DNA from: Candidatus Bathyarchaeia archaeon
Lineage (GTDB): Archaea; Thermoproteota; Bathyarchaeia; Bathyarchaeales; Bathycorpusculaceae
Direction of reading: 5' to 3'
DNA: 64,000 bases
Assembly: GCA_038883715.1 (NCBI GenBank)
Contig: JAVZLS010000004.1
Coordinates: forward strand, 19,144 to 83,143
Every line of letters starts with the position of its first letter. Positions within the stretch are counted from its first letter, which is position 1. Position numbers and translations under genes: made by a program. Below the pieces are notes generated by a model. That model was not told where the DNA came from and made no database searches. It saw only the letters and a list, made by a program, of their open reading frames with translations. Shown in pieces: positions 1-9,655 of this stretch.

Positions 1-12
1 TTTAGCTTAAAC

Positions 13-27
13 CGTAAAATTTATATA
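13..27 (+). promoter_or_regulatory. Putative BRE + TATA box upstream of tfb
   Basis: CGTAAAA followed by TTTATATA, about 110 bp upstream of the tfb ATG. Confidence 0.5.
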
Positions 28-136
28 TTAAAACATTTCATCTGGATAGACACGCGGGCCGGATGGCGTCTTCTACTCCTATATAATGGGGAAATGAAAA
101 GGGGACGGTTCTACGCAAAAATCGAAGAGTGAGAAA

Positions 137-1075
137 ATGAGCGGGAAAGAAGGAGGAACCCGTCAACGCTTAGTTGACAAGTGCCCAGAATGCGGCAGCG
201 TAAACCTTATCCACGATTATGATACCGGCGAGACCGTTTGCGGAGAATGCGGACTTGTGCTTCACGAGCAGATGATGGACAAGGGACCAGAGTGGCGAGC
301 TTTTACACAGGAGGAGAAAGCCTCAAGAAGCCGTGTTGGAGTGCCAACATCCTACTCCGTCCACGATAAGGGATTGTCAACAGCTATAAGCCAAGTTGAC
401 CGCGACGCCTTCGGGAGAAAGCTTCCACTTTCAACAAGACTTCAAATGTGGCGCCTAAGAAAATGGCAGATACGCTCAAGAGTGCACTCCTCAATAGACC
501 GAAATTTGGCACAGGCGATGGCTGAGCTTGACCGCCTATCAGACAAAGTGTACATTCCACCGCCCATAAAGGAGAAGGCAGCCGTCATATACCGCAAAGC
601 CCTAGACAAAGGCTTAGTGCGTGGAAGATCAATCGCAGCCATAGCCGCAGCTGCACTTTACGCTGCTTGTCGCGGAAGTGGAACCCCGAGAACTTTAAGG
701 GAAATAGCAGAAGCCAGCCTAGTGGACAAGAAGGATGTTGCTCGCTGTTATAGGCTTCTGCTTCGCGAGCTTGGCGTGCAGATGCCCATAGCAGACCCAT
801 TAACATACGTGTCAAAAATTGCTGAAAAAACGGGAATTTCTGGTAAGACACAAGGGCTAGCCATACAGATTCTGCGCGAAGCGAAAATGAAGCGCGCTGC
901 CGCTGGAAAAGATCCTATGGGATTGGCTGCCGCGGCATTATACATTGCATGTTTGCAAAATAATGAGAAGAAAACTCAAAAGGACATTGCTGAAGCCGCT
1001 GGAGTCACCGAAGTCACAGTGCGGAACCGTTACAAGACATTGAAGAGACAGCTAAACCTGGAATTGCCAGACTAG
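137..1075 (+). CDS. tfb: Transcription initiation factor IIB
   Basis: N-terminal CPECG..CGECG Zn ribbon, GPEWRAF B-reader, two cyclin repeats ending VTEVTVRNRY. Confidence 0.98.
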   Translation: MSGKEGGTRQRLVDKCPECGSVNLIHDYDTGETVCGECGLVLHEQMMDKGPEWRAFTQEEKASRSRVGVPTSYSVHDKGLSTAISQVDRDAFGRKLPLSTRLQMWRLRKWQIRSRVHSSIDRNLAQAMAELDRLSDKVYIPPPIKEKAAVIYRKALDKGLVRGRSIAAIAAAALYAACRGSGTPRTLREIAEASLVDKKDVARCYRLLLRELGVQMPIADPLTYVSKIAEKTGISGKTQGLAIQILREAKMKRAAAGKDPMGLAAAALYIACLQNNEKKTQKDIAEAAGVTEVTVRNRYKTLKRQLNLELPD

Positions 1076-1082
1076 CCCATTT

Positions 1083-1292
1083 CTAGCTTTCATTTTCTTC
1101 CTTTTCAATTTCCATAACTATTGGACCGACATATCCGCAGTCTTCGCAAACATACTTTTTGGGCGTCAGCCAGTAGTCAAGGCTGCTTGACAGGTGGATT
1201 CTTGGGCTTCCACATTTTGGACAGTAAATTTTTGATGGACCTCTATGTTTTAGAGTCTTCAATACTTCACGCATATTCTGTAGGATTCCCAT
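1083..1292 (-). CDS. Small zinc-ribbon protein
   Basis: CPKCGS...CEDCGYVGP motif, typical of small archaeal Zn-ribbon proteins. Confidence 0.75.
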   Translation of the reverse strand: MGILQNMREVLKTLKHRGPSKIYCPKCGSPRIHLSSSLDYWLTPKKYVCEDCGYVGPIVMEIEKEENES

Positions 1293-1320
1293 GGGCTTAC
1301 ACCTTTTGGGCGTAACGTGG

Positions 1321-1629
1321 CTATTGAACTTCTATGTTTTCTTCTGGATATCCAAGCTTTATTAGATATTGGCGGACTTTTTCGCGGTGGTCTCCTTGGA
1401 GAATTATTTGCCCGTTTTTGGCTGTGCCTCCACATGCACAGAAGCTCTTCAGTTTTTGGGCTAGGCTTCCAAGGTCTGTGTCCTTATCGTTTATGCCTTC
1501 AACTATTGTTGTTGGTCTGCCGAATTTTCTTGTTTCAAATCTTATGCGAATTCTTTGCTGTTCTTTGCCTATCTCGCCGCAGACACACAAGTCTTTGGGT
1601 AGCCCGCATATTGGACAGATATCAGCCAT
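1321..1629 (-). CDS. Translation initiation factor aIF1/SUI1
   Basis: CPICGLP..LCVC, LKSFCACGGT, LQGDHR motifs. Start moved to ATG 1629, which has TTTATATA about 30 bp upstream (1659-1666). Confidence 0.95.
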   Translation of the reverse strand: MADICPICGLPKDLCVCGEIGKEQQRIRIRFETRKFGRPTTIVEGINDKDTDLGSLAQKLKSFCACGGTAKNGQIILQGDHREKVRQYLIKLGYPEENIEVQ

Positions 1630-1768
1630 GACGCTCAACACTACAATGGCAACGGCTGTATATAAAATTTTCAAATTTTTAATCAGCAAATTCAACAAAT
1701 TGATGGAAGAGTAGGCCAAACTTTTCAAACTTTATATTGGCGTTTAATCCAATCTTGATTGAAAAACT

Positions 1769-3862
1769 ATGCCGATAACAAAAATTAGGAAAAGAGACGG
1801 CCGAATAGTCGACTTTAACCCTGAGAGAATTAAAAATGCCATTCATAAGGCTTTTGTAGCCGTCAAGCTTGAAGATGGGGAAAAAGCTGAACGCTTAACG
1901 AGGGATGTTGTCAGCCTTTTAGAGGAAAGATTCATAGAGAAAATCCCATCGGTTGAGGATGCCCAAGATGTTGTAATAGAGGTTTTAAAGAAAAGCGGTT
2001 TTGAGGAGGTCGCTTCAGAGTATCAAGCTTATAGGAATAAGAAGGAGGAAATAAGGCGGCTAAGGGAAAGGCTTGGAATTGAAGAGCCTAAGTTGACGGT
2101 TAACGCCCTTGAAGTTTTGAGGAAGCGTTACCTGCGAAGGGATGAGGCTGGAAACATAATTGAAGACCCGGCTCAAATGTTTAGGAGAGTTGCAAAAGCC
2201 ATTGCAAGAATCGACCGTATATACGGTGAAGACCAAAAAGAAAGCGAGGAAATCTTCTACAGAATGATGGCGAGGCTTGAGTTCCTTCCGAACTCGCCAA
2301 CGCTGTTTAATGCTGGAACAAAGCTTGGACAACTTTCTGCGTGCTTCGTCTTGCCTGTTGAAGATTCTTTAGACAGCATTTTTGAAGCCGTTAAAAACAT
2401 GGCTTTAATCGAGAAAAGCGGCGGCGGTGTCGGCTTTGACTTTTCAAGGCTTAGGCCTAAAGGCGACATAGTCATGTCCACCAAGGGCGTGGCTTCCGGC
2501 CCTGTTAGTTTTATGCGGGTTTTTGATGTGGCCACAGAGGTTATCAAGGCTGGTGGCAAAAGGCGGGGTGCCATGATGGGAATTCTGCGGGTGGACCATC
2601 CGGACATTCTGGAGTTTATAACTGCAAAGCAGCAGCCGGGCTTCCTTTCAAACTTTAACATATCAGTTGCTGTAACCGACGAGTTTATGAGGACTCTCGA
2701 GGAGGATGGCGAATATTGGCTGATAAACCCGAGAAACAAGGAGAGAACGGGAAAGCTCAAGGCGAGGGAGGTTTGGAACTTAATAGCGAGGTCTGCTTGG
2801 GCTAGTGGAGACCCCGGCGTCGTATTTATAGACGAGATTAATAGGCATAATCCTACGCCGGAAGTTGGAAGAATAGAGTCGACTAACCCATGTGGCGAGC
2901 AGCCACTTCTGCCTTATGAGTCGTGCAATCTGGGGTCAATCAATCTCTCACGCATGGTTGAGGATGGGAAAATTAATTGGGAGAAGCTTAGGGAAACTGT
3001 TAGGAACGCTGTTCACTTCTTAGACAATGTTATAGACGCGAACAAATATCCGTTGAAGGAGATAGAGAGGGTTACAAAGGCGAATAGGAAGATAGGTTTA
3101 GGCGTTATGGGCTTTGCGGACATGCTCATTAAGCTGGGTATCCCCTACAATTCTGAACAAGCTCTAGAGCTTGCAGAAAAACTGATGAAGTTCATCGACG
3201 AGGAAGCCCATAAAAAGTCAGAGGAAATCGCCGAGAAAAGGGGCTCTTTTCCAAATTTTGATAAGAGCGTTTGGAAGGACAAGTACAAGGCCATGAGAAA
3301 CGCCACAGTAACAACAATAGCCCCAACAGGAAGCATAAGCATAATTGCCGGATGCTCATCAGGAATTGAGCCGCTTTTCGCCATATCCTTCATAAGAAAC
3401 GTTTTAGATGGAACAAGACTTTTTGAAATAAACCCGTTGTTTGAGATGGTGGCGAAGGAAAGAGGCTTCTATGATGCTCGTCTGCTAGAAGAGATAGCGA
3501 AAACTGGTTCTGTTCAAAGGATAGACAAGGTTCCAGAGGACGTCAAAAGGGTTTTTGTGACAGCCCTGGACATTGAGCCGGAGTGGCATGTGAGGATGCA
3601 GGCAGCCTTTCAGAAGTCTACGGATAATGCTGTTTCAAAAACTGTTAACATGCCTTTTGAGGCGACTGTTGAAGACGTTAGAGAAGTGTTTGAGCTTGCA
3701 TGGAAACTAAAATGTAAGGGTGTGACCGTCTTCCGTTATGGAAGCAAGCCAGAGCAAGTCCTATACATTGGGGAAGTGAAAACTGCTGAAAAGAGATTTA
3801 TTTCGGCAGATTCAGAGTATGCTGGAGGTTGCCCAACAAAGACTTGCCCATTCCCAGGATAA
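1769..3862 (+). CDS. nrdJ: Class II (adenosylcobalamin-dependent) ribonucleotide reductase with N-terminal ATP cone
   Basis: IRKRDG ATP cone, [29 protein letters not shown]-terminal CPTKTC cysteine pair; no intein seen. Confidence 0.95.
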   Translation: MPITKIRKRDGRIVDFNPERIKNAIHKAFVAVKLEDGEKAERLTRDVVSLLEERFIEKIPSVEDAQDVVIEVLKKSGFEEVASEYQAYRNKKEEIRRLRERLGIEEPKLTVNALEVLRKRYLRRDEAGNIIEDPAQMFRRVAKAIARIDRIYGEDQKESEEIFYRMMARLEFLPNSPTLFNAGTKLGQLSACFVLPVEDSLDSIFEAVKNMALIEKSGGGVGFDFSRLRPKGDIVMSTKGVASGPVSFMRVFDVATEVIKAGGKRRGAMMGILRVDHPDILEFITAKQQPGFLSNFNISVAVTDEFMRTLEEDGEYWLINPRNKERTGKLKAREVWNLIARSAWASGDPGVVFIDEINRHNPTPEVGRIESTNPCGEQPLLPYESCNLGSINLSRMVEDGKINWEKLRETVRNAVHFLDNVIDANKYPLKEIERVTKANRKIGLGVMGFADMLIKLGIPYNSEQALELAEKLMKFIDEEAHKKSEEIAEKRGSFPNFDKSVWKDKYKAMRNATVTTIAPTGSISIIAGCSSGIEPLFAISFIRNVLDGTRLFEINPLFEMVAKERGFYDARLLEEIAKTGSVQRIDKVPEDVKRVFVTALDIEPEWHVRMQAAFQKSTDNAVSKTVNMPFEATVEDVREVFELAWKLKCKGVTVFRYGSKPEQVLYIGEVKTAEKRFISADSEYAGGCPTKTCPFPG

Positions 3863-3883
3863 AAGAGGATAAAAGTTTCGAAG

Positions 3884-5284
3884 GTGAAAGCCGTGAAAGC
3901 ATCGTTAGGCTTTGTTAACGAAGAGAACATGAGCATGTTAACAGACCTTTACGAGCTTACAATGTGTGCAAGCTACTTTGACAATAAGAGGTTTGAACCG
4001 GCCACCTTTGACCTTTTCATAAGGCGTTTGCCCTCAAACCGCTCATACTTCCTATTCGCCGGCTTAGAGCAAGTCCTATTATTTCTTGAAAAAATGAGAT
4101 TCGCTGAAGAGCACATAAAATTCTTGAAAAGCCAAGGATTCAAAGAGGACTTCCTCGAATATTTAAGAGATTTTAAATTTAGTGGTGATGTTTGGGCTGT
4201 TCCAGAGGGCACTGTGGTTTTCCCCAACGAACCGCTGATTAGGGTTACAGCCCCAATAATAGAGGCGCAGCTGATAGAAACCTTCATTTTAAACACTATT
4301 AATCTTCAAACCACGATAGCTACTAAAGCCTCTAGGGTTGTTTATGCTGCTCAAGGTAAGTCTGTAATCGAGTTTGGTTTGAGAAGGGAGCACGGGACAG
4401 ACGCCGGATTAAAAGTTGCCCGTGCAAGTTATATAGCTGGTTGCAACGGCACATCGAATGTCCTAGCTGGAATGATGTACGGTATACCAGTTTTCGGGAC
4501 TATGGCCCACTCCTTCGTCATGTTCTTCGACAACGAGATAGAATCTTTCAGGGCTTTTGCAAAAACCTTCCCCGATAAATCAACCCTTTTGATAGATACT
4601 TTTGACAACATTAAAGGTGCGGAAAACGCCATAACCGTCGCCAAAGAGCTTGAAAAAAAGGGGTTCAAGCTTCGCGGGGTGCGCATTGACAGCGGGGACC
4701 TTGTGGAAATAAGCCGTAAAGTTAGGAAAATGCTCAACGATAATGGGCTTGGTTACGTGCAAATATTTGCAAGCGGAGACCTCGACGAGTATAAAATAGA
4801 AGAACTGCTGAGCAAAGGCGCAAAAATAGACGCCTTCGGGGTTGGAACCCGCATGGGGACATCAGCAGACAGACCTTATGTTGACATAATTTACAAGCTA
4901 TGCGAAAAAATGAACGAGAAAGGAGAATTCGAGCCAATAATGAAGCTGAGCGAAAGAAAAGCCACTCTCCCGGGAAGAAAACAAGTCTTCAGGTTTAAGG
5001 ATGAAAAAGGAAATTTCGTTAAAGATGTAATTGCTTTGGAAGGCGAAGACATTGGCGGGGAGCCACTACTTGTTAAGGTTATGGAAAAGGGCAAAATAGT
5101 CTATAATTTGCCGTCCCTTGAAGATATAAGGAAAAACGCCTTAAACAACCTTTCAAAGCTTCCAGAAAAGTATAAGCGGCTTAGGGGGGCAGCCAAATAT
5201 CCGATTGCGTTAAGCCCCAAACTTAAGAGGCTTATAAGGGATTTGAGGGAAAAGCTGAAAAAGGTTGAGGGCGTCAGTTTCTGA
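3884..5284 (+). CDS. pncB: Nicotinate phosphoribosyltransferase
   Basis: LTDLYELTM, EFGLRR, GTMAHS, RIDSGD motifs. Confidence 0.95.
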   Translation: MKAVKASLGFVNEENMSMLTDLYELTMCASYFDNKRFEPATFDLFIRRLPSNRSYFLFAGLEQVLLFLEKMRFAEEHIKFLKSQGFKEDFLEYLRDFKFSGDVWAVPEGTVVFPNEPLIRVTAPIIEAQLIETFILNTINLQTTIATKASRVVYAAQGKSVIEFGLRREHGTDAGLKVARASYIAGCNGTSNVLAGMMYGIPVFGTMAHSFVMFFDNEIESFRAFAKTFPDKSTLLIDTFDNIKGAENAITVAKELEKKGFKLRGVRIDSGDLVEISRKVRKMLNDNGLGYVQIFASGDLDEYKIEELLSKGAKIDAFGVGTRMGTSADRPYVDIIYKLCEKMNEKGEFEPIMKLSERKATLPGRKQVFRFKDEKGNFVKDVIALEGEDIGGEPLLVKVMEKGKIVYNLPSLEDIRKNALNNLSKLPEKYKRLRGAAKYPIALSPKLKRLIRDLREKLKKVEGVSF

Positions 5285-5313
5285 CTGCAGATTAGAACAT
5301 TCACATTTAGGTT

Positions 5314-5865
5314 TCAGCTTCTAAACGCCGTTAGGAGGTTTATGAAGGCTACTTCTAATATGGCGGCGATGAAAAATATGCCGTAAATGTAGATTAGGTC
5401 TTTTGTTTTAAGCGTTCTGCTCAACGTCTTTTTAAGCGTTAAATAGATACCGCAGCCCTCGACTATTCCCACAGGCATGCTCATAACCAGCATTTTAGGC
5501 AATGTTTCCAAGCTGACTTTTTCATATATTAGGATGCAGCCTCTCAATATGCTTAAGAAAACAATCATTACGGTGAAGGCTACGGCGAAGGTTTGAGGAT
5601 GTTCCAAAACGATGTGCGAATACTTTTCTCTTTTAAAGAACCCAGAGACAACGAGGCTTACATAAAAGGACATGCCCAGAAGAATCATGGAAATAACAAG
5701 CACGTTATGTAAAAATATCATCCCAACGGCTAATAATTGGTTTTGGAGAATATCTTTTGCCAAAATTGTAAAGAAAATAGTATTCTCAAATGAAGATAAA
5801 AGTAGAGAGAGGAGGAAGGCTAATCCTAAAATGATGGTGTGTTTTCTCGATTCCGACAATTGCAA
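5314..5865 (-). CDS. Membrane protein, SpoIIM-like
   Basis: Several TM helices with IFLHN, GIVE and AAILE motifs resembling the SpoIIM family. Confidence 0.55.
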   Translation of the reverse strand: MQLSESRKHTIILGLAFLLSLLLSSFENTIFFTILAKDILQNQLLAVGMIFLHNVLVISMILLGMSFYVSLVVSGFFKREKYSHIVLEHPQTFAVAFTVMIVFLSILRGCILIYEKVSLETLPKMLVMSMPVGIVEGCGIYLTLKKTLSRTLKTKDLIYIYGIFFIAAILEVAFINLLTAFRS

Positions 5866-5871
5866 ACCTCG

Positions 5872-6348
5872 CTATGTAAAAGGCCATATTGACCGTAGCC
5901 AGTCAAATATCTTTTCCAAAATGTGAAAGGCGAAGGCTAGGAGCACGAGAATCACCAAGTAGATTATTATTGCAAGTATGCCAACCGCTATCGCACCGAA
6001 CCACCCAGTTTCAAATAAGCGTTTAATTAAGATAAGCCAAACAAGAAGGCTTAGGATTAAAGTGATTAGGGGATATGGTATAAAAATCGCAAATAGTGTA
6101 GTTAAAACTGTTCCTAAAAGGGAAATTATAAAGGCGTCAGAGAGCAGGGCGCGCTTCCTGCCCACAACAATTAGCCCCGCGATATACAAAACAACCGCTA
6201 GTACAAACAATGATAGGAAAAACCATGCAATTGCAAAAATTAAAACTAATTCTTCGGGTAATCCCCAAGGCCACTCTGGCCTCTTGCCAGCTTTAAATGA
6301 CAATTGCAAAATAATCTCGATTAGTTTTTGCCAGAGCATTTCATTCAC
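5872..6348 (-). CDS. Hypothetical membrane protein (about 4 TM)
   Basis: Hydrophobic ORF 6 bp upstream of the SpoIIM-like gene. Confidence 0.7.
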   Translation of the reverse strand: MNEMLWQKLIEIILQLSFKAGKRPEWPWGLPEELVLIFAIAWFFLSLFVLAVVLYIAGLIVVGRKRALLSDAFIISLLGTVLTTLFAIFIPYPLITLILSLLVWLILIKRLFETGWFGAIAVGILAIIIYLVILVLLAFAFHILEKIFDWLRSIWPFT

Positions 6349-6417
6349 TTAACGTCAGATTTTGCACATTAAAAATAAAAGGTTATCTCAAGTTTGTACC
6401 GCTTTTAGGAAATTTGC

Positions 6418-6699
6418 CTATTCCGTTATATCTTCAACTTCTTTTCTGCCTTTCTCGAGCTCCTCGATCTGTTCTTTGTCCTCTTTTAGAAGTAGCGTTT
6501 GGAACTCGCCTACGTGGGTTTTTTCTTCTCTGGCTATTTCCAGAAGCACTTTCTTAATGCTTTCGTTTGTTGTTGCGGCTGCCAGCTGCTCATAAAGGTT
6601 TATTGCGTCCAGTTCGGCGATTATGGCGGCTCTCAAGATTTCGCAGTTTAGAAGCTTCTTTTCAACCTTGTTAACTCTTATTGGAATTTGAGACAACAT
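6418..6699 (-). CDS. Half-ferritin, encapsulated-ferritin (EncFtn)-like protein
   Basis: ILRAAIIAELDAINLYEQ...EEKTHVGEF matches the EncFtn ferroxidase motif; GGAGGTGA SD upstream. Confidence 0.85.
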   Translation of the reverse strand: MLSQIPIRVNKVEKKLLNCEILRAAIIAELDAINLYEQLAAATTNESIKKVLLEIAREEKTHVGEFQTLLLKEDKEQIEELEKGRKEVEDITE

Positions 6700-6892
6700 T
6701 CTTTAAATTCACCTCCGTTAGTTTTCGCTTTATCGCAGCGATATGCATTAATGTGCATTAAGCCTTTTTGCAATATGCAAAAATAGTTGCCACATTTCAT
6801 TTCCATCTCCCCTTCCCTTTCTAGTTTCAGAAGTGAACTTCATGATGTTTGAAAAATTAGAAAAATCGAGTGAAAGAAAAGTTTCGGGGTGC

Positions 6893-7312
6893 CTATATTT
6901 CTTCTGCTAGTGTTGTGAAGAGGTCGTGGTGTTCCTCTTCGTCTTTTAGTATTCCTTCGAATAGGAAGGCTGTTGTTTCGTCCTTCTCTTTTCGGGCTTG
7001 GGCTATTATCTGTTTATATAAGTTTATGGCATTTTCCTCGTCTTTTATGTCTCGTTGTATCATTTCCTTGAGCGTTTTTCCAACAAATATTTCAGTTGGC
7101 TTTGTTGTGGGTGTTCCGCCCAAATAGAATAGTCTTTCAGCGATGGCTTCCGCGTGCTTCATTTCTGTTATCGCCACTTTTTTAAGTTCTTCTTGAACCG
7201 AGAAGCCTTTGACGCCGCTCCATTGGACGTGTTGCCACATATATTGTATTGAGACTTGCATTTCCCTTGCGATGGCGTCGTTCAGCATTTCCAACAATTT
7301 TTTAGAAGCCAA
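6893..7312 (-). CDS. Bacterioferritin/ferritin-like protein
   Basis: AIAREM..QY, EMKHAEAIAERL, DEENAI..Y, DEEEHH di-iron ligands. Confidence 0.9.
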   Translation of the reverse strand: MASKKLLEMLNDAIAREMQVSIQYMWQHVQWSGVKGFSVQEELKKVAITEMKHAEAIAERLFYLGGTPTTKPTEIFVGKTLKEMIQRDIKDEENAINLYKQIIAQARKEKDETTAFLFEGILKDEEEHHDLFTTLAEEI

Positions 7313-7412
7313 AACATTTCACCTCCCTTCAGTTTGTTTTAGTTTGTTTAAAAGTTTTGCCAAAATACGCGAAGATCCACAATAAAAATGGAGATTATGC
7401 TGCAATGTTGAG

Positions 7413-7892
7413 CTATCCGCCTGGCGCTCCATGGAATGGCACGTTTTTCCAGAGAATGTCCCACCAGTCCTCTTCTGTTATTGTCTCGCCCCTAACAATG
7501 ATTTCTAAAACTTCTTTTAGGAGTTCATGGTGCCGCTTTTCGTCGGCAAGTATGGCTGTTAGGAGAAGCTTAACTTTCTCATTTTCAACGGTTGGCAGCA
7601 TGTCGCTTATCTTCTTTACGAGTTCAGCCTCGATTTGAATATGCCTCTCCACAAGGCTTCTTTGTTTATCAAGATGTTCTTGGGCGAGCGCCTGCTGAGT
7701 TGTGGTTAAAAGTTTTAGGGCGGCGTCATACATCTCCGCGTGTTTCAGAGAATCCAGCGAAATTCCCCTCAAAACGCCCTTAACTGACGGATTTTTTATA
7801 CCCTTTAAAGCCTCGTTAAGAGAGTCAACAATTTCATTTTCGACTTCAATTTGTCTTTTGATGAATTTTAAAAGTTCATTTTTTGAAGACAT
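7413..7892 (-). CDS. Ferritin/rubrerythrin-like four-helix protein
   Basis: DSLKHAE and DEKRHHE motifs; C-terminal WKNVPFHGAPGG. Confidence 0.8.
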   Translation of the reverse strand: MSSKNELLKFIKRQIEVENEIVDSLNEALKGIKNPSVKGVLRGISLDSLKHAEMYDAALKLLTTTQQALAQEHLDKQRSLVERHIQIEAELVKKISDMLPTVENEKVKLLLTAILADEKRHHELLKEVLEIIVRGETITEEDWWDILWKNVPFHGAPGG

Positions 7893-7935
7893 TTTTGGTT
7901 CCCTCCTAATATTGAGTTGCTCGGACTATTAATGT

Positions 7936-8379
7936 CTATGCGGCTTTAACAAGCCCTTCAGCAATCCTCCGCCCAAATTCTCTGCACTTTTCCAAGCCAG
8001 CCGTGTCCGGCGTGTACCTTATTAGCAAGGGCGGTTCTGTCACTTCCATTTCAAACTTGTTTTTCAGAATTTCAATGACAAGCCTTGGGGCTTCACCGCT
8101 CCATCCATAGGACCCGAAGGCAGCGCCCACCTTGCCCTTCAAGTTTATGTTTTTTGCGGCGGCTTCTTCAAAGAGCATTTTGATGTCGACTGTTGTGTCG
8201 TGATGGTATGTGGGCGTTCCCACAATTATAGCGTCAAACTCTTTAAGCTGTTCTGGGGATGCGTGATAAGTTAGCTCCACGCCCACGCCTTGAACCATCT
8301 TTGCTCCTTCAGCCACCGCTCTAGCCATTTTCTCGGTGTTCCCAGTCCTACTATAATAGAGGATTAGGATTTTTGGCAA
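7936..8379 (-). CDS. Flavodoxin (FprA/WrbA-type domain)
   Basis: YYSRTGNTEKMA FMN loop, GTPTY, AFGSYGWSGEA. Confidence 0.92.
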   Translation of the reverse strand: MPKILILYYSRTGNTEKMARAVAEGAKMVQGVGVELTYHASPEQLKEFDAIIVGTPTYHHDTTVDIKMLFEEAAAKNINLKGKVGAAFGSYGWSGEAPRLVIEILKNKFEMEVTEPPLLIRYTPDTAGLEKCREFGRRIAEGLVKAA

Positions 8380-8395
8380 ATACTACACCCTTAAC

Positions 8396-9010
8396 CTATT
8401 TCAGAACCTCTTCCAATCGCCTATTAACCTCGTCCCAATTGACAATTTTCCAAAACGCCTCAACGAATTTGCCTCTGTCGTTCTTATAATCTATGTAGTA
8501 GGCGTGCTCGAAAACATCGAGAACCATGAGGATTCGAAACATTGGATAAACATTCACGTTGTGCTTCTCCACTTGCATTAGCATTGGGCGACCAGTCTGC
8601 CTACAAATGGTTAAAGCTGCCCAACCAGAACCTTCAACGCTTATGGCTGTTTGGGAAAATTCCTTCTGAAAACGTTCAAAGCTTCCAAATTCTTCAGCGA
8701 TTTTGTCGGCTAAAGTTCCGCCTGGTTTCCCGCCGCCCATGCTTGGCGGTGCCAAGTTGCCCCAGAAAAGCGAGTGCAAAAGGTGTCCGGCAACGTTCCA
8801 TGAAAGCTCCTTGAGTGTAGCCTTAACATCTATGTCTATGTTTTCTTTGTGTGCCTTGTCCAATCGTTGGAGTATGGCGTTAGCCCCGTTGACATAGGCT
8901 TGATGGTGCTTGCTGTGGTGAATTCTCAACTGTTCTTCAGACATGTAGGGCTTCAAATCCCCATAACCGTAAGGCAGCTGTGGCAAAACATATAGTTTGG
9001 TTTGCTCCAT
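8396..9010 (-). CDS. sod: Fe/Mn superoxide dismutase
   Basis: [27 protein letters not shown]. Confidence 0.97.
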   Translation of the reverse strand: MEQTKLYVLPQLPYGYGDLKPYMSEEQLRIHHSKHHQAYVNGANAILQRLDKAHKENIDIDVKATLKELSWNVAGHLLHSLFWGNLAPPSMGGGKPGGTLADKIAEEFGSFERFQKEFSQTAISVEGSGWAALTICRQTGRPMLMQVEKHNVNVYPMFRILMVLDVFEHAYYIDYKNDRGKFVEAFWKIVNWDEVNRRLEEVLK

Positions 9011-9029
9011 AAAACATGCACCTCTATTT

Positions 9030-9191
9030 CTAACTTTTCTTTACAAATTGATCCTTTGGGGCGCCGCAAACCGGGCAAACCCAGTTTTCAGGTAAAGCCT
9101 CAAAGGGTGTTCCGGGTTTTACGCCATGCTCTGGGTCTCCAACCTCGGGGTCGTATACGTATCCACAGATTATGCACTCCCACTTTTCCAA
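9030..9191 (-). CDS. Rubredoxin (53 aa, absent from the ORF track)
   Basis: Manual translation from TTG 9191: [53 protein letters not shown]. Confidence 0.97.
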   Translation of the reverse strand: MEKWECIICGYVYDPEVGDPEHGVKPGTPFEALPENWVCPVCGAPKDQFVKKS

Positions 9192-9206
9192 AGCCTTCAA
9201 CTCCAG

Positions 9207-9623
9207 CTATTTTTCTGTCTTAATGTTGTAGCTTACTTTGACTCCAGCTCTTTCGAAGAGCTTCCCAACTGGGCAGTTTTCCACCGTTAGCTTAAAAATT
9301 CTCTGGACTGTGTCTTCTGGGGCGTCTGTTTTGACGAATATGTTGAAGGCTGCTTCTGTTACAGTTCCAGCCTCTTCGGATTTTATAGCTTCAAGTTTAA
9401 CCTCTAAGTCTTTGAGTTGGACCCTCGTTTTCTTGGCCATTAAAGCGAAGATTGTGGCGAAGCATCCGGCATAGCTCATAACGCCCAGCTCGAGGGCTGT
9501 TGGTCCCATGTCTGTTCCAAGTTCTGGCGGAAGGTCGAGGCATACGCTGTGGGCTCTTCCATCGTCAACGGCTATTCGCAAGTCCTTTACAAGCTTGGCC
9601 GTGGAACGAAGCTTTTGAACCAA
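9207..9623 (-). CDS. OsmC/Ohr family protein
   Basis: GPTALEL..SYAGC and VENCPV conserved cysteines. Confidence 0.9.
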   Translation of the reverse strand: MVQKLRSTAKLVKDLRIAVDDGRAHSVCLDLPPELGTDMGPTALELGVMSYAGCFATIFALMAKKTRVQLKDLEVKLEAIKSEEAGTVTEAAFNIFVKTDAPEDTVQRIFKLTVENCPVGKLFERAGVKVSYNIKTEK

Positions 9624-9655
9624 ACCATTTCACCTCGCATAAAGATAAAAAGGTT

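Noticed and set aside
1769-3862. Intein in ribonucleotide reductase
   Set aside because: Length and motif spacing are normal; no intein N-terminal or HN/C motifs
7331-7350. Tandem AGTTTGTTT(T/A) x2
   Set aside because: Only two short low-complexity copies in a leader region
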